The notes beneath the pieces were generated by a model. It made no database searches, was not told where the DNA came from, and was given only the letters and a program-made list of their open reading frames with translations. A program made the translations under genes and the position numbers. A DNA stretch of 32,051 bases from Octopus bimaculoides. Its lineage: Eukaryota. This document shows, in pieces, positions 1 to 10,040 of the stretch. The DNA is taken from positions 12,267,035 to 12,299,085 of the forward strand of contig NC_069008.1 in the NCBI RefSeq assembly GCF_001194135.2, read 5' to 3'. Every line of letters starts with the position of its first letter. The first letter of the stretch is position 1.

Positions 1-330
1 TTCAACAACGTGGGTTGATGAACCGTAAGACGTGTGACCAGAACCTCCTGGAAAATAACCATAGCGAGGGACATTCCACAGTTGAATTAGAACAGTCACA
101 AACAGTGAAAGAAGACATGCACCCAACACCAGAGCTGAAGACACCTCCGAAAGGGGGTGGCCCCGCCACGTCAAAACGGTAGAGGAGTAGGGGCCGAAAC
201 CGGACGTGGTTCCTCCTGATGATGTCTTCAGCTAACTGGATCCTATAAAGGAGCTGTTGTGGTAGCAGACCACGAAACATGGTTGAAATTCCTGTCTGAC
301 CAACGGGAATTATTGTCTTACTCAGAATCA

Positions 331-450
331 GGTGACAGCTGGCGACAGGAAGGGCATCCAGCAGTAGAAAATCTGCCACAATGAATTCTGTCTAACAGCA
401 TTCATTGTGGCAAGCAAAGAAATACGGACATTAAAACATTGATGTGATAA
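331..450 (+). mobile_element. RTE-clade LINE-like 3' tail (retroposon 3' end)
   Basis: GCTGGCGACAGGAAGGGCATCCAGCAGTAGAAAATCTGCC...GGACATTAAAAC matches the other tail copies in the window and resembles the Rex3/Expander-type RTE 3' UTR. Confidence 0.6.
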
Positions 451-510
451 AGTGTGCAATAAAGCTGTAACTCTTAAATTGCAAGTAGAATCCATTTGAC
501 AAGCCTCTGT

Positions 511-620
511 AAAGTTTCCATCTACCCAGTTTCACTCACAATGTACAGGTCATCCCAAGGCTGCAGAAACTAACATTTGCCCAAAATGACACACAACAGG
601 AACAAGCCTGAAACGTCATA
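511..620 (-). mobile_element. Degenerate SINE family I 5' fragment
   Basis: The reverse complement resembles ...TTGTGAGTG..GGTAGATGGAAACT of the intact copy at 5235-5644. Confidence 0.5.
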
Positions 621-861
621 GTTCTGCTATACTATGCCTCATATTCAGGGTAGTATTGAAAGAAAAGAAGGACAATATTTAATAATGAGAAAATTTAAGA
701 CCAAATTTATGCAATAAATAATTTACATCTTTGGTTATGTCCTCAATAGCATATCTCTGCAATACACTTTTAATTACATTTTAAGTAAATAATAAGTTTC
801 TCAAATTTCAGTTTCTGTCAAGCAAACTGAATAACAAGACTTGGGGCAATAGGACAAAACA

Positions 862-945
862 AACTGCCCAGGTGCTGCACAGTGGGATTGAACCTAAAAC
901 CATGTGGTTGGGAAGGTAATTTCTTAAGTACATAGCCATGCCCAT
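862..945 (-). mobile_element. SINE family I tRNA-like head fragment
   Basis: The reverse complement has A-box-like and B-box-like motifs (GGTTCAATCCCACTGTGCAGCACCTGGGCAG) matching the family I head. Confidence 0.55.
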
Positions 946-952
946 AGAAAAC

Positions 953-1110
953 TATCATCATCATCATCACCATCATTGTTTAACATCTTCCTGCCATGCT
1001 AGCATGGGTGGAACGGTTTCACAAGAGCCAACCAGGCAGAAGCCTGCACCAGACTTCTGTAACTGTTTTTGAAAGGATTTTTACAGCTGGATGCCCTTCC
1101 TAACACCAAC
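953..1110 (-). mobile_element. RTE-like 3' tail ending in (GAT)n
   Basis: Reverse complement reads GTTGGTGTTAGGAAGGGCATCCAGCTGTAAAA...CATGCTAGCATGGCAGG...TTAAAC followed by (GAT)n. Confidence 0.7.
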
Positions 1111-1139
1111 AATTCAATTCATAAAGTTATGACTTATTA

Positions 1140-1365
1140 TTATCATTTTAATGTTCCATTTTCCATGTTTGTTTGTTTGGGTTAGACAGTGTTTACCGGG
1201 GCAAATTTTCTACAGCCAGATGTCTTTCCAGTGGTCAAACATTACTTCCACATGGCCAGACATGTTTCCAAAGAATACTGAATATGAATGACACTCCTCG
1301 TATAACAGTGACCCTTTTGCAATTGTCACACAATGTCAAGACAAACACAAACATACTCGTGACAC
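1140..1365 (-). mobile_element. Non-autonomous retroposon with RTE-like tail
   Basis: Reverse complement is homologous to 15062-15310 (GAAAACATGTCTGGCCATG... followed by the tail). Confidence 0.5.
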
Positions 1366-1597
1366 ATCTAACAAGATTTGAAGACATGAAGGAAATCCAA
1401 GAGAATGCAACAAGGCAGCTACTCACTATCCAAAAAACGGAGTTCCATGAATGCTTCCATCAATGTAAACAATACAGGGTAAAGTGTTTAGCTTCAGAAA
1501 GAGATGACTTGAAAAGAGATTAAATGCTGAATTGATATGTGTTGTATTTTTTTCATTTTATAGCACCAGTCCTGATACATTTTGATCTGACCTCATA
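1366..1597 (+). mobile_element. Mariner transposase C-terminus plus right TIR (remnant)
   Basis: Translates as RFEDMKEIQENATRQLLTIQKTEFHECFHQCKQYRVKCLASERDDLKRD*, like a mariner C-terminus. It is followed by the TIR-like CCAGTCCTGATACATTTTGATCTGACCTCA and a TA dinucleotide (1596-1597). Confidence 0.75.
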
Positions 1598-1973
1598 GGA
1601 GTGGCTGTGGTAAGAAGCTTGCTTCCAAACCACATGGTTCTGGGTTCAGTTCCACTGTGTGGAACCTTGGGCAAGTGTCTTCTACTAAAGCCTCAGGCTG
1701 ACCAAAGCTTTGTGAGTGGATCTGGTAGGAGGAAACTGGAAGAAGCCCGTTGTGTATAAGTATGTATTTGAGTGTCTGTGTTTGTCCCCTCCCCCACCAT
1801 TGCTTGACAACCATTGTTGATGTTTCTATAACCAAGCAGTTCGGCAAAAAAGACCGATAGAATAAGTATTAGGCTTGCAAAGAATAAGTCCTGATGTCGA
1901 TTTATTCGACTGAAGGCGGTGCTCCAGTATGGCCACAGCCAAATGACTGAAACAAGTAAAAGAATAACAGAAT
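1596..1973 (+). mobile_element. tRNA-derived SINE family I, near full length
   Basis: A box TGGCTGTGG, B box GGTTCAGTTCC, CORE-like ACCTTGGGCAAGTG, and tail GACTGAAACAAGTAAAAGAATA; homologous to 5235-5644. Confidence 0.85.
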
Positions 1974-2064
1974 ATAGTCAATTCAAATACACAAACAATA
2001 AAATTAGCAATAACAGACAATAAGAGAATGTGCACAAGGAATGTATTTGATGCTCAGTAAAAAG

Positions 2065-2150
2065 AGAGAGTTTTTGACGTTTTGAGCATAGCTCTTCATT
2101 GGAAAGGAGGAAGGGAAAAGTTCAAAGAAGAAAAAGAAGTAACCAACAGC
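2065..2150 (+). mobile_element. Possible Penelope-like terminal repeat fragment
   Basis: GACGTTTTGAGCATAGCTCTTCATTGGAAAG resembles the GACGTTTCG...CTCTTC.TCAG motif typical of Penelope-type termini; short and degenerate. Confidence 0.3.
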
Positions 2151-2189
2151 ACCATATATATGTATATATACATATGAAGACGACCCATC

Positions 2190-2421
2190 AGGCCAAGTAA
2201 AATTGCAGTCATGGCAGATACTGGTGTCACGCAATTGGCACCTGTGCTAGGGCACGTAAAAGCATCCATTACACTCTCAGAGTGGTTGGCATTAGGAAGG
2301 ACATCCATTTGTAGAAACTGTGCCAAATCAAACTGGAGTCTGGTGCAGCCTTCCAGCATGCCAGCCCTGGTCAAACCATCCAACCCATGCCAGCATAGAC
2401 AATGGACATTAAATGATGATG
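2190..2421 (+). mobile_element. Retroposon with RTE-like 3' tail
   Basis: GCACGTAAAAGCATCCATTACACTCTCAGAGTGGTTGGCATTAGGAAGG...ACCCATGCCAGCAT...ATTAAATGATGATGAG; homologous to 19606-19835. Confidence 0.75.
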
Positions 2422-2451
2422 AGAATATACATATACAAATATATATATACA

Positions 2452-2777
2452 TGTGAAGGTGCATGGCTTAGTGGTTAGGGTATTCATCTCATGATCGCAA
2501 GGTTGTGAGTTTAATTTCCAGTTATGTGTTGTGTCCATGGGCAAGAAACTTTATTTTATGTTGCTCCAGTCCACTCAGCTGGCAAATGCGAGTAGTACCT
2601 GTATTTCAAAGGACCAACCCTGTCACACTGTGTCACGTTGAATCTCCCTGAGAACTGCATTAAGGGTGCACATTTTCTGTGGAGTACTCAACCACATGTA
2701 TGCTAACTTCACAAGCAGGCTGTTCCGTTGATTGGATCAACTGGAACCCTTGTCATCATAACCAATGGAGTGCCAAC
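2452..2777 (+). mobile_element. tRNA-derived SINE family III with tail type X
   Basis: Head GAAGGTGCATGGCTTAGTGGTTAGGG, core GCTCCAGTCCACTCAGCTGG, and tail GTATTTCAAAGG...GGAGTGCCAAC shared with 8736-9123. Confidence 0.8.
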
Positions 2778-2790
2778 TATACATGAATAT

Positions 2791-2941
2791 GTGGTTGGTA
2801 TTAGGAAGGGCGTCCAGTTGTAGATATCTTGCCAAATCAGATTGGAACCTGGTGCAGCTCCCCACCCCCACGTTTACTAGTTTTCAGTCAAACTGTCCAA
2901 CTCATGCTAGCATGGAAAGTGGACGTTAAATGATGATAATG
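2791..2941 (+). mobile_element. RTE-like 3' tail
   Basis: GTGGTTGGTATTAGGAAGGGCGTCCAG...CATGCTAGCATGGAAAGTGGACGTTAAATGATGAT. Confidence 0.75.
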
Positions 2942-2944
2942 GGC

Positions 2945-3092
2945 TATCAGTTTCCACCAACAAAATCTGCTCACAAGGCTTTGGTTGACCCAAAGTAATT
3001 GTAGAAGGAACTTACCCAAGGTACCACACAGAAGGATTGAATATGAAACTCTGTGATTGAGAAAAGAAACTTGTCAACCACAAACCTATGCC
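2945..3092 (-). mobile_element. Degenerate SINE family I 5' half
   Basis: Reverse complement matches the family I head and core (ACCTTGGGTAAGTTCC...AAAGCCTTGTGAGCAGATTT). Confidence 0.65.
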
Positions 3093-3185
3093 AGTGAGAG
3101 AAATGGAATAATTTGATCAACAAATACAAAGTCAAACCTTTGCTCTATTTTATTTACTCCAATCTAAATTTTGCCAACAATACAT

Positions 3186-3905
3186 TTACTTTTCTGTTTG
3201 AATACCTACGTGTGAATAAGATTTCTCGTCTGTATGAAAACATCTGTGAAACATTAAGTCACTACTTCCAGAGAATGATTTACCACAGTTGTCACAGTAA
3301 TGTGGTTTCTCTCCTGTATGAATACGTTTATGAGAAGTCAACACACCACTCTGAGAGAATGATTTACCACAGATATCACAGTGATATGGTCTCTCTCCTG
3401 TGTGAATACGTCCATGTATAGTTAAGACACTTTTTTCACAAAATGATTTACCACAGATTTCACAATGATATGGTTTCTCTCCTGTATGAATTCGTTTGTG
3501 TGTAACTAAGGTATTTCCATAAGAGAAAGATTTACCACAGATATCACACTGATACGGTGTCTCTCCTGTATGGATGCGTTTATGTGTAGTTACATGTTCA
3601 TGTCGAGAGAATGATTTACCACAGATATCACAGTGATATGGTTTCTCTCCTGTATGAATGCGTTTATGTGTAGTTACATGTTCATGTCGAGTGAATGATT
3701 TACCACAGATATCACAGTGATATGGTTTATCTCCTGTATGAATACGGTTGTGTCTAATGAGGTTACCTTTTTGAGAAAATATCTTCTTACAGATATCACA
3801 CTTGTATGATGTTTTACTTGTTCCTGTCTTCATACCATCAGGAGAATCAATCCTTTTAGATTGTGTTTTAAAATTAACCTTGTTCTTAGTCAATTTATTT
3901 TCCAT
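3186..3905 (-). CDS. C2H2 zinc-finger protein, 7 tandem fingers (ZF1), single coding exon
   Basis: 239-aa ORF: 33-aa leader plus 7 C-x2-C-x12-H-x3-H fingers with TGEKP-type linkers. AATAAA lies on the minus strand at 3149-3154. Candidate acceptors are at 4032-4033 (TTTTCAG) and 4163-4164 (TTCTACAG). Confidence 0.92.
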   Translation of the reverse strand: MENKLTKNKVNFKTQSKRIDSPDGMKTGTSKTSYKCDICKKIFSQKGNLIRHNRIHTGDKPYHCDICGKSFTRHEHVTTHKRIHTGEKPYHCDICGKSFSRHEHVTTHKRIHTGETPYQCDICGKSFSYGNTLVTHKRIHTGEKPYHCEICGKSFCEKSVLTIHGRIHTGERPYHCDICGKSFSQSGVLTSHKRIHTGEKPHYCDNCGKSFSGSSDLMFHRCFHTDEKSYSHVGIQTEK

Positions 3906-4379
3906 AATTATTCTTCTCTCACCACAATTTATAGATGTTTAGTCTGTTTTATTTTTATAGTTGAACCCCAACAAATATATTTTAATTGCTATATTTCCAT
4001 CAACTGTGTGCATTGTTGCTATTTAAAGATTCTGAAAACTCATTTGTAATCTAAATTTAATAAGAAGGCAAAATCACATTGTAAATATTCCAAACAGTGA
4101 TATAGAGAAATGCTGCAATTAATATCATATATATGTTCAGCGTATAACATCTTCCTTTCAGTCTGTAGAACATGAAAAATTTTGCTGATGAACCAGATGT
4201 AAGAATTCTTTGATGCCAACGTCATATGATAATCTGAAATTATAGAAAGAAAAACAAAAACATTATAAGACATAGAGGATACATAAAAAGTAGAGGTACA
4301 GTCTCTACTCCCTTACCTTTCATCCAACTTATATCAAAAAAAAGAAATTAAGAAATGAAAAACACGATATATACATAAT

Positions 4380-4670
4380 TTAATTTTTCGTCTTCTTGTT
4401 CATGAGATGCATGTTGCCCTTCATGAAAATTAGCATGTCAAACTTTTCATCGACAGGGATGATCTCTTGGCCTTCATGATGTTCTCCTTGCCCATAGAGA
4501 ACAAATGCTCCACTGTAGCACTGGAGGGGATGGCTGTGTTGAACTTGATAAATAAGTCCACCAACACTTGCTCACCCAAGAAGGCAGCATCTATCAGCAA
4601 GTCCTTGGAGTTGGTCTCCAACCAGGTCTTGACCAAATTCTGAGCCTTGTCCATGCTGCTCTCTGTATAT
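4380..4670 (-). pseudogene. hAT transposase C-terminal dimerisation domain remnant (frameshifted)
   Basis: LFIKFNTAIPSSATVEHLFSMGK...AKRSSLS, then after a 1-nt shift DEKFDMLIFMKGN...*; matches the hAT pattern PSSAxVERLFS...LSDxxFExLLFLKxN. Confidence 0.8.
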
Positions 4671-4911
4671 TTGTAGAGGATTTCATTAAAAAATAATAAT
4701 TTTCTTGGAAGTTAAGACGGATTGAAGTGGACTCCGGTGAATTTTCCGAAATCCCCCACCCAAAACACTTTCCTCCCCTAAATTTTGTATATTCGGAATC
4801 TACATGATATAGTACATATTCGTAGAAAAATTCATTAAAAAATATCCATTTTTCTGAAAGTTATGATCATCCAAAGTTGTGGGGGAGGGGAGGCAGAAAT
4901 CTGTAGCTATA

Positions 4912-4982
4912 CCCTTAAAAGTTAAATCATTAACGAAAATGTTAACTTCGTTAATTAACGATTAACGGTTTGGTGCCCAGGT
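4912..4982 (-). mobile_element. Putative hAT terminus with TTAACG subterminal repeats
   Basis: Reverse complement CCTGGGCACCAAACCGTTAATCGTTAATTAACGAAGTTAAC; same orientation as the transposase remnant and upstream of it. Confidence 0.45.
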
Positions 4983-5063
4983 TTGATAGATACATTGTCA
5001 GATATGAAAAGAAGATTCGTTGTTTGACGGTGTTGTTGATCGTAATATAGAGCAATATAAATA

Positions 5064-5233
5064 ATAATAATATTTATAAGTTTAAAGCTTACAAGCGATC
5101 ACCGTGTATGGACAAATGAAAACAAAACCCACTTTTTCTTCCACTGAGGGCTTATATGCCCCGATATTAGACTATTTTCTTTAGTCACTGCACGGCGATC
5201 GCTTGTAAGCTTTAAGCTTATAAATATTATTAT
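5064..5233. repeat. 170-bp foldback / MITE-like element with 45-bp inverted arms
   Basis: 5064-5108 (ATAATAATATTTATAAGTTTAAAGCTTACAAGCGATCACCGTGTA) pairs with 5189-5233 with 3 mismatches. Confidence 0.85.
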
Positions 5234-5234
5234 A

Positions 5235-5644
5235 GGCGTAGGAGTGGCTGTGTGGTAAGTAGCTTGCTTACCAACCACATGGTCCCGGGTTCAGTCCCAC
5301 TGCGTGGCATCTTGGGCAAGTGCCTTCTACTATAGCCTCGGGCCGACCAAAGCCTTGTGAGTGGATTTGGTAGACGGAAACTGAAAGAAGCCCGTCGTAT
5401 ATGTGTATATATATATGTATGTGTGTGTGTGTTTGTATGTCTGTGTTTGTCCCCCCAACATCGCTTGACAACCGATGCTGGTGTGTTTATGTCCCCGTAA
5501 CTTAGCGGTTCGGCAAAAGAGACCGATAGAATAAGTACTAGGCTTCCAAAGAATAAGTCCTGGGGTCGATTTCTTCAACTAAAGGCGGTGCTCCAGCATG
5601 GCCGCAGTCAAAAGACTGAAACAAGTAAAAGAGTAAAAGAGTAT
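5235..5644 (+). mobile_element. tRNA-derived SINE family I, full-length and apparently young copy
   Basis: Intact A box (TGGCTGTGTGG) and B box (GGTTCAGTCCC), internal (TA)/(TG) microsatellite, many intact CpGs, and tail (AAAAGAGT)2. Confidence 0.9.
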
Positions 5645-5649
5645 TTACA

Positions 5650-6110
5650 AAATTGTCACCCGTCACCGCTTCTCAAAATATCGCAGAGAACAGAGTAATC
5701 TGTTAATTTTCATAATTTCAGCAGATTTAGAAAGTTATGGATGATAGGTAAAATGTTTTAAAAAACCTTGTACATTGTTAAGATTTCCGACTGGATCATA
5801 ATTACAGTTTATCATAAGAGGTTTGGATAAAGAGAAAACGAACTTTAAAAGAAACAGATACAATAGAAATTATTGCTCTACTTACAATTCAATCGAGCTT
5901 GTTATCTTCGAAATAGTCTCTTCACAGCAGTTTCGATATACAAACCATTTAGAAAAGTCGCTAATTTCAGGCGAGAGAAGAGATCAAAGAAAATTTGCTA
6001 CGAGAACTAGCCTTGAAAACAAGTTCCCGGAAGAATTCCAAACTAAGGAAATTGGGGAATGTATAAAATCAAATGGTTTGCTTTAAAAACCGAAACGAAA
6101 TTGTTGGACT
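5650..6110 (-). promoter_or_regulatory. Possible promoter region of ZF1
   Basis: Unique sequence with more CpG than its flanks and an ETS-like CCGGAAG near 6026; analogous in character to 20570-21260. Inference only. Confidence 0.3.
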
Positions 6111-7060
6111 TTTGCTAAAATTCACAGCGTTAATTTTGCAGCATTTCTTCAGGTTTTACGTTCTGTTCTCAAATCCTGACGAGGTCAATTTTTCTTTTCA
6201 TCTCAATAAAATAAAGAACAAATAAATTACAGAGATCGAAGGTGTCGACTAATTACTTTACCTTCCATTGTCAATACTTGTTAGAAACTATTATTAATCA
6301 CTTCCCTCTCTCGGATAATTTGAGCAAAATAAGTCCTATCAGGGGGGACAATTTGCACAAGTGACTAACCTAATAATGATTTCTTTATTTACCTAATAAT
6401 AATATGTTAATGTGATAAGAAGAACACGGAAATAAGAGTGAACAATTCATCAGCAGAGAAAAGGTATAAAAGGTGTTGGGAATAGACTGGGAGATATCTA
6501 GACACACAACTAAATAGAAACAAATGTTGCATAGAAACACCACTGTATATATAATGGTAGGGGTGCAAAATCAGGTGTTTTTACTGCATTTTTGACTTTG
6601 ATACAAAATATATTTTTTACAAATGATCACTTCTTTACAAAAACTATATCAGCTCAGCAAATGGCCTTTCCTAAATGCATTAAAAGCATTATAACATAAT
6701 CTGATAACTATTTCATAAAAGCATCAGTGTTCTTTTTGAGCATATAAAATGGATACAACTAGATAATGTAAATTTGCCACTTCAATTCTCCAGAAAATGA
6801 CTTATACACATCAATATCCACCCCTAGGCATCAGAAAGGCAAAAATAAGAAAGAATTAAATATCTAGGTCAAATGAAAGAAGATCATAGGAAAATGGTAC
6901 ATGATATGAAATAAACAAAACTTGATCAAATGAAAAACTCAACATAATTACAATGATGAGAATATCAACAAGAATTATAGATTCTGTAGAAGAAAACAAA
7001 GAAACAAGAAATAAAGAAAAGAAGCAAACAATTGAGGTGTAAAAAAAAAAAGGCACCATA

Positions 7061-7908
7061 GGCATAGGAGTGGCTGTAAGTAGCTTGCTTACCAGCCACA
7101 TGGTTCTGGGTTCAGTCCCACTGCGTGGCACCTTGGGCAAGTGTCTTCTACTATAGCCTCGGGCTGACCAAAGCCTTGTGAGTGGATTTGGTAGACGGAA
7201 ACTGAAAGAAGCCCGTTGTATATNNNNNNNNNNNNNNNNNNNNNNNNNNNNNNNNNNNNNNNNNNNNNNNNNNNNNNNNNNNNNNNNNNNNNNNNNNNNN
7301 NNNNNNNNNNNNNNNNNNNNNNNNNNNNNNNNNNNNNNNNNNNNNNNNNNNNNNNNNNNNNNNNNNNNNNNNNNNNNNNNNNNNNNNNNNNNNNNNNNNN
7401 NNNNNNNNNNNNNNNNNNNNNNNNNNNNNNNNNNNNNNNNNNNNNNNNNNNNNNNNNNNNNNNNNNNNNNNNNNNNNNNNNNNNNNNNNNNNNNNNNNNN
7501 NNNNNNNNNNNNNNNNNNNNNNNNNNNNNNNNNNNNNNNNNNNNNNNNNNNNNNNNNNNNNNNNNNNNNNNNNNNNNNNNNNNNNNNNNNNNNNNNNNNN
7601 NNNNNNNNNNNNNNNNNNNNNNNNNNNNNNNNNNNNNNNNNNNNNNNNNNNNNNNNNNNNNNNNNNNNNNNNNNNNNNNNNNNNNNNNNNNNNNNNNNNN
7701 NNNNNNNNNNNNNNNNNNNNNNNNNNNNNNNNNNNNNNNNNNNNNNNNNNNNNNNNNNNNNNNNNNNNNNNNNNNNNNNNNNNNNNNNNNNNNNNNNNNN
7801 NNNNNNNNNNNNNNNNNNNNNNNNNNNNNNNNNNNNNNNNNNNNNNNNNNNNNNNNNNNTTTCTAGCGCATTAATTGTCCACGTTAGTGGTCGACGTTAT
7901 TTTTTAAA

Positions 7909-7948
<40 letters not shown>

Positions 7949-8169
7949 ATGTTTGTGTGTCTGTGTTTGTCCCCCCAACATCGCTTGACAACCGATGCTG
8001 GTGTGTTTACGTCCCCGTAACTTAGCGGTTTGGCAAAAAGAGACCGATAGAATAAGTACTAGGCTTACAAAGAATAAGTCCTGGGGTCGATTTGCTTGAC
8101 TAAAAAAAAGGCGGTGCTCCAGCATGGCCACAGTCAAATGACTGAAACAAGTAAAAGAGTAAAAGAGTA
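7061..8169 (+). mobile_element. SINE family I spanning an assembly gap
   Basis: Head at 7061-7223, N gap, then microsatellite and 3' half at ~7910-8169 ending in (AAAAGAGT)2. Confidence 0.8.
7224..7859. other. Assembly gap (636 N)
   Basis: Run of N. Confidence 1.
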
Positions 8170-8269
8170 ATGATGTTAAGAATCACCTCTACCTGCTGAC
8201 ATGAATTGAAAGGAAGAAAGAAGGAAGCTTAATCTCCAATTCCAGTTTGTCCCCTCTTCAACTCCCCTG

Positions 8270-9365
8270 TTCTGCACTGACTTCCCTTATGTCCATGTAA
8301 TTTGTACACTGGCAGCAGGCCAATCAGGGTTTTATTTTCTCAGTACCTGCAGGAAGCCATCTTGTTGATATTAAAGGTAGGGTTGGATGGTAGGCATTCC
8401 AACAGAGCTGTATCATGCTTGGGCGAGTTTAAAAGGCTTTGTCACTCATGTATGATTGTTTGCAGTGTTGTGTCTGAATATTGTTCAATTTGGCCCTGTA
8501 ATCTAATTTGTACATCACTGTCAGTATGTGACCCTATACCCCAAATAAAAATCAAGCAGTTGAACTGTACTGCCATAGATGACAACTTGAACTGTTAGCC
8601 TTCGAAATTGATTCTATCTGCATAAGTAATATAGTCTTCATCTTCTTGTTTAACCAGTTGCATGCACGAATATCAAATATTGAACAGCAATGAACACTTG
8701 CCAAAGGTTTCTCACAGTTGTTATACAGTCTAGTTGTGGAGGCGCAATTGCCCAGTGGTTAGAGCAGCAGACTCGCAGTCATAGGATCGTGGTTTCGATT
8801 CCCAGACCAGGCGTTGTGAGTGTTTATTGAGTGAAAACACCTAAAGCTCCACAAGGCTCCGGCAGGGTATGGTGGTGAACCCTGCTGAACTCTTTCACCA
8901 CAACTTTCTCTCACTCTTACTTCCTGTTTCTGTTCTGCCTGTATTTCAAAGGGTCAGCCTTGTCACACTGTCACGCTGAATATCCCCGAGAACTACATTA
9001 AGGGTACACGTGTCTGTGGAGTGCTCAGCCACTTGCACATTAATTTCATGAGCAGGCTGTTCCGTTGATCGGATCAACTGGAACCCTTGACATCGTAAGC
9101 GACGGAGTGCCAACAAACAAAACATACAGTCTAGTTAAAAGTTTCTTTCTCTTAGATTCTTTGGCAGAATAAAATTACATTATCATGTGTGTTCTGCTGT
9201 GCCAAATTTCGTCAAATGTAACCTGGCCTGTCATGCATCTTTCTTGTGCTTCAGCTCGATTTTGAAAATATCTTTGAATTATTTGAACCAAAAGAAGAAA
9301 AAAACAATCCTGCACCAGGGTCATAATGGAACTCCATAATGCTGTTTGTAATGTATTGATGGAAA
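8270..9365 (-). pseudogene. Ty3/gypsy-type LTR retrotransposon gag remnant, split by a SINE
   Basis: Minus-strand translation with stops and shifts gives ITNSIMEFHYDPGAGL...KFGTAEH..CNFILPKN...CMQLVKQEDEDYITYADRIN...FNCLIFIWG...DVQIRL...TLQTIIHE...KHDTALLE, plus a CCHC-knuckle-like CCQC...GHKGSQC at ~8274-8317. Confidence 0.7.
8736..9123 (+). mobile_element. tRNA-derived SINE family II with tail X and a 13-bp TSD
   Basis: Head GTGGAGGCGCAATTGCCCAGTGGTTAGAGC...GGTTTCGATTCCC; TSD ATACAGTCTAGTT at 8723-8735 and 9124-9136. Confidence 0.9.
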
Positions 9366-9387
9366 CTGATTCAGTGACTTGATGCCG

Positions 9388-9595
9388 TACCCAGCACAGA
9401 TCCACAGCTCAAGAAGATATACAGTGTCTCCATCTAGTACAGGTATGATTCACAGATCCATAGCTGAAGATGTACAGTGTATCTATCTAACTGATGTACT
9501 ACCCACAGATGTATTGCTCAGATTATGTAGTGTCTCCACCTACCTGAGCTATGATCCATAGCTCAAAGAATACAGTGTCTCAACATAGCTGATCA
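9388..9595. repeat. Diverged minisatellite, ~4 copies of ~50 bp
   Basis: Recurring CACAGATCCATAGCT..AAGA..TACAGTGTCTCCA.CTA. Confidence 0.65.
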
Positions 9596-9619
9596 GTTGA
9601 CTGCTCGTTCCAATAATGC

Positions 9620-9880
9620 AGGGTTAAGAACATTCAGCTATTGTTGGATTCTTGGGGACAGTATCAGAAGGCATCAAGAGGAATATAAAGGAAATCAGAA
9701 TAGAGACCCCAGTAGAGCTGTTACAAAAGGTTTGTCACTTTGGCATGGCCAGAATCATCAGGAAAGTATTTGAGAGTTGAAAAGAACAGATAACATGGTT
9801 ACCATAAGCTGTAAATAACCAGCTTGCAATGCATGCAAGATTTCAGGAGTTGCAACAAAACCTTAATACTTAATACTTAA
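9620..9880 (+). mobile_element. R4/Dong-clade LINE 3' end (restriction-like endonuclease C-terminus)
   Basis: 9640-9780 translates as IVGFLGTVSEGIKRNIKEIRIETPVELLQKVCHFGMARIIRKVFES*, followed by a short (TAATACT)n tail. Confidence 0.7.
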
Positions 9881-10040
9881 GAAAAACTGAAGTTTCCAAT
9901 TTTCATGTTATTTTGTGAGATAAGAACATATCTTCTGTATAGTGTTTACCTCATTATAGAAGTTTGTTTTTTTTAAACTTTATTTTTGTTTCTTTCTATT
10001 TCTAGCACCATCTCAACAGCTGATCCTAGATATGGAATTT

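Noticed and set aside
2-379. 125-aa minus-strand ORF at the window start
   Set aside because: No recognisable domain, and it overlaps a retroposon tail; probably repeat-derived.
3113-3421. Plus-strand ORFs antisense to the ZF genes (also 16625-16828)
   Set aside because: They are shadows of the 84-bp periodic ZF codons on the opposite strand and show no independent coding signal.
5235-5320. tRNA-like sequences (also 8736-8815, 10750-10830, 17590-17666)
   Set aside because: These are SINE heads with A/B boxes. They lack a complete cloverleaf and continue into SINE bodies.
6558-6826. Possible hAT MITE with TAGGGGTG termini
   Set aside because: Only ~8-10 bp of inverted match, and the flanks (TATAATGG vs GGCATCAG) show no TSD.
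7178-8020. Long ORFs across N runs (also 18478-18902 and 23397-23746)
   Set aside because: Artefacts of assembly gaps.
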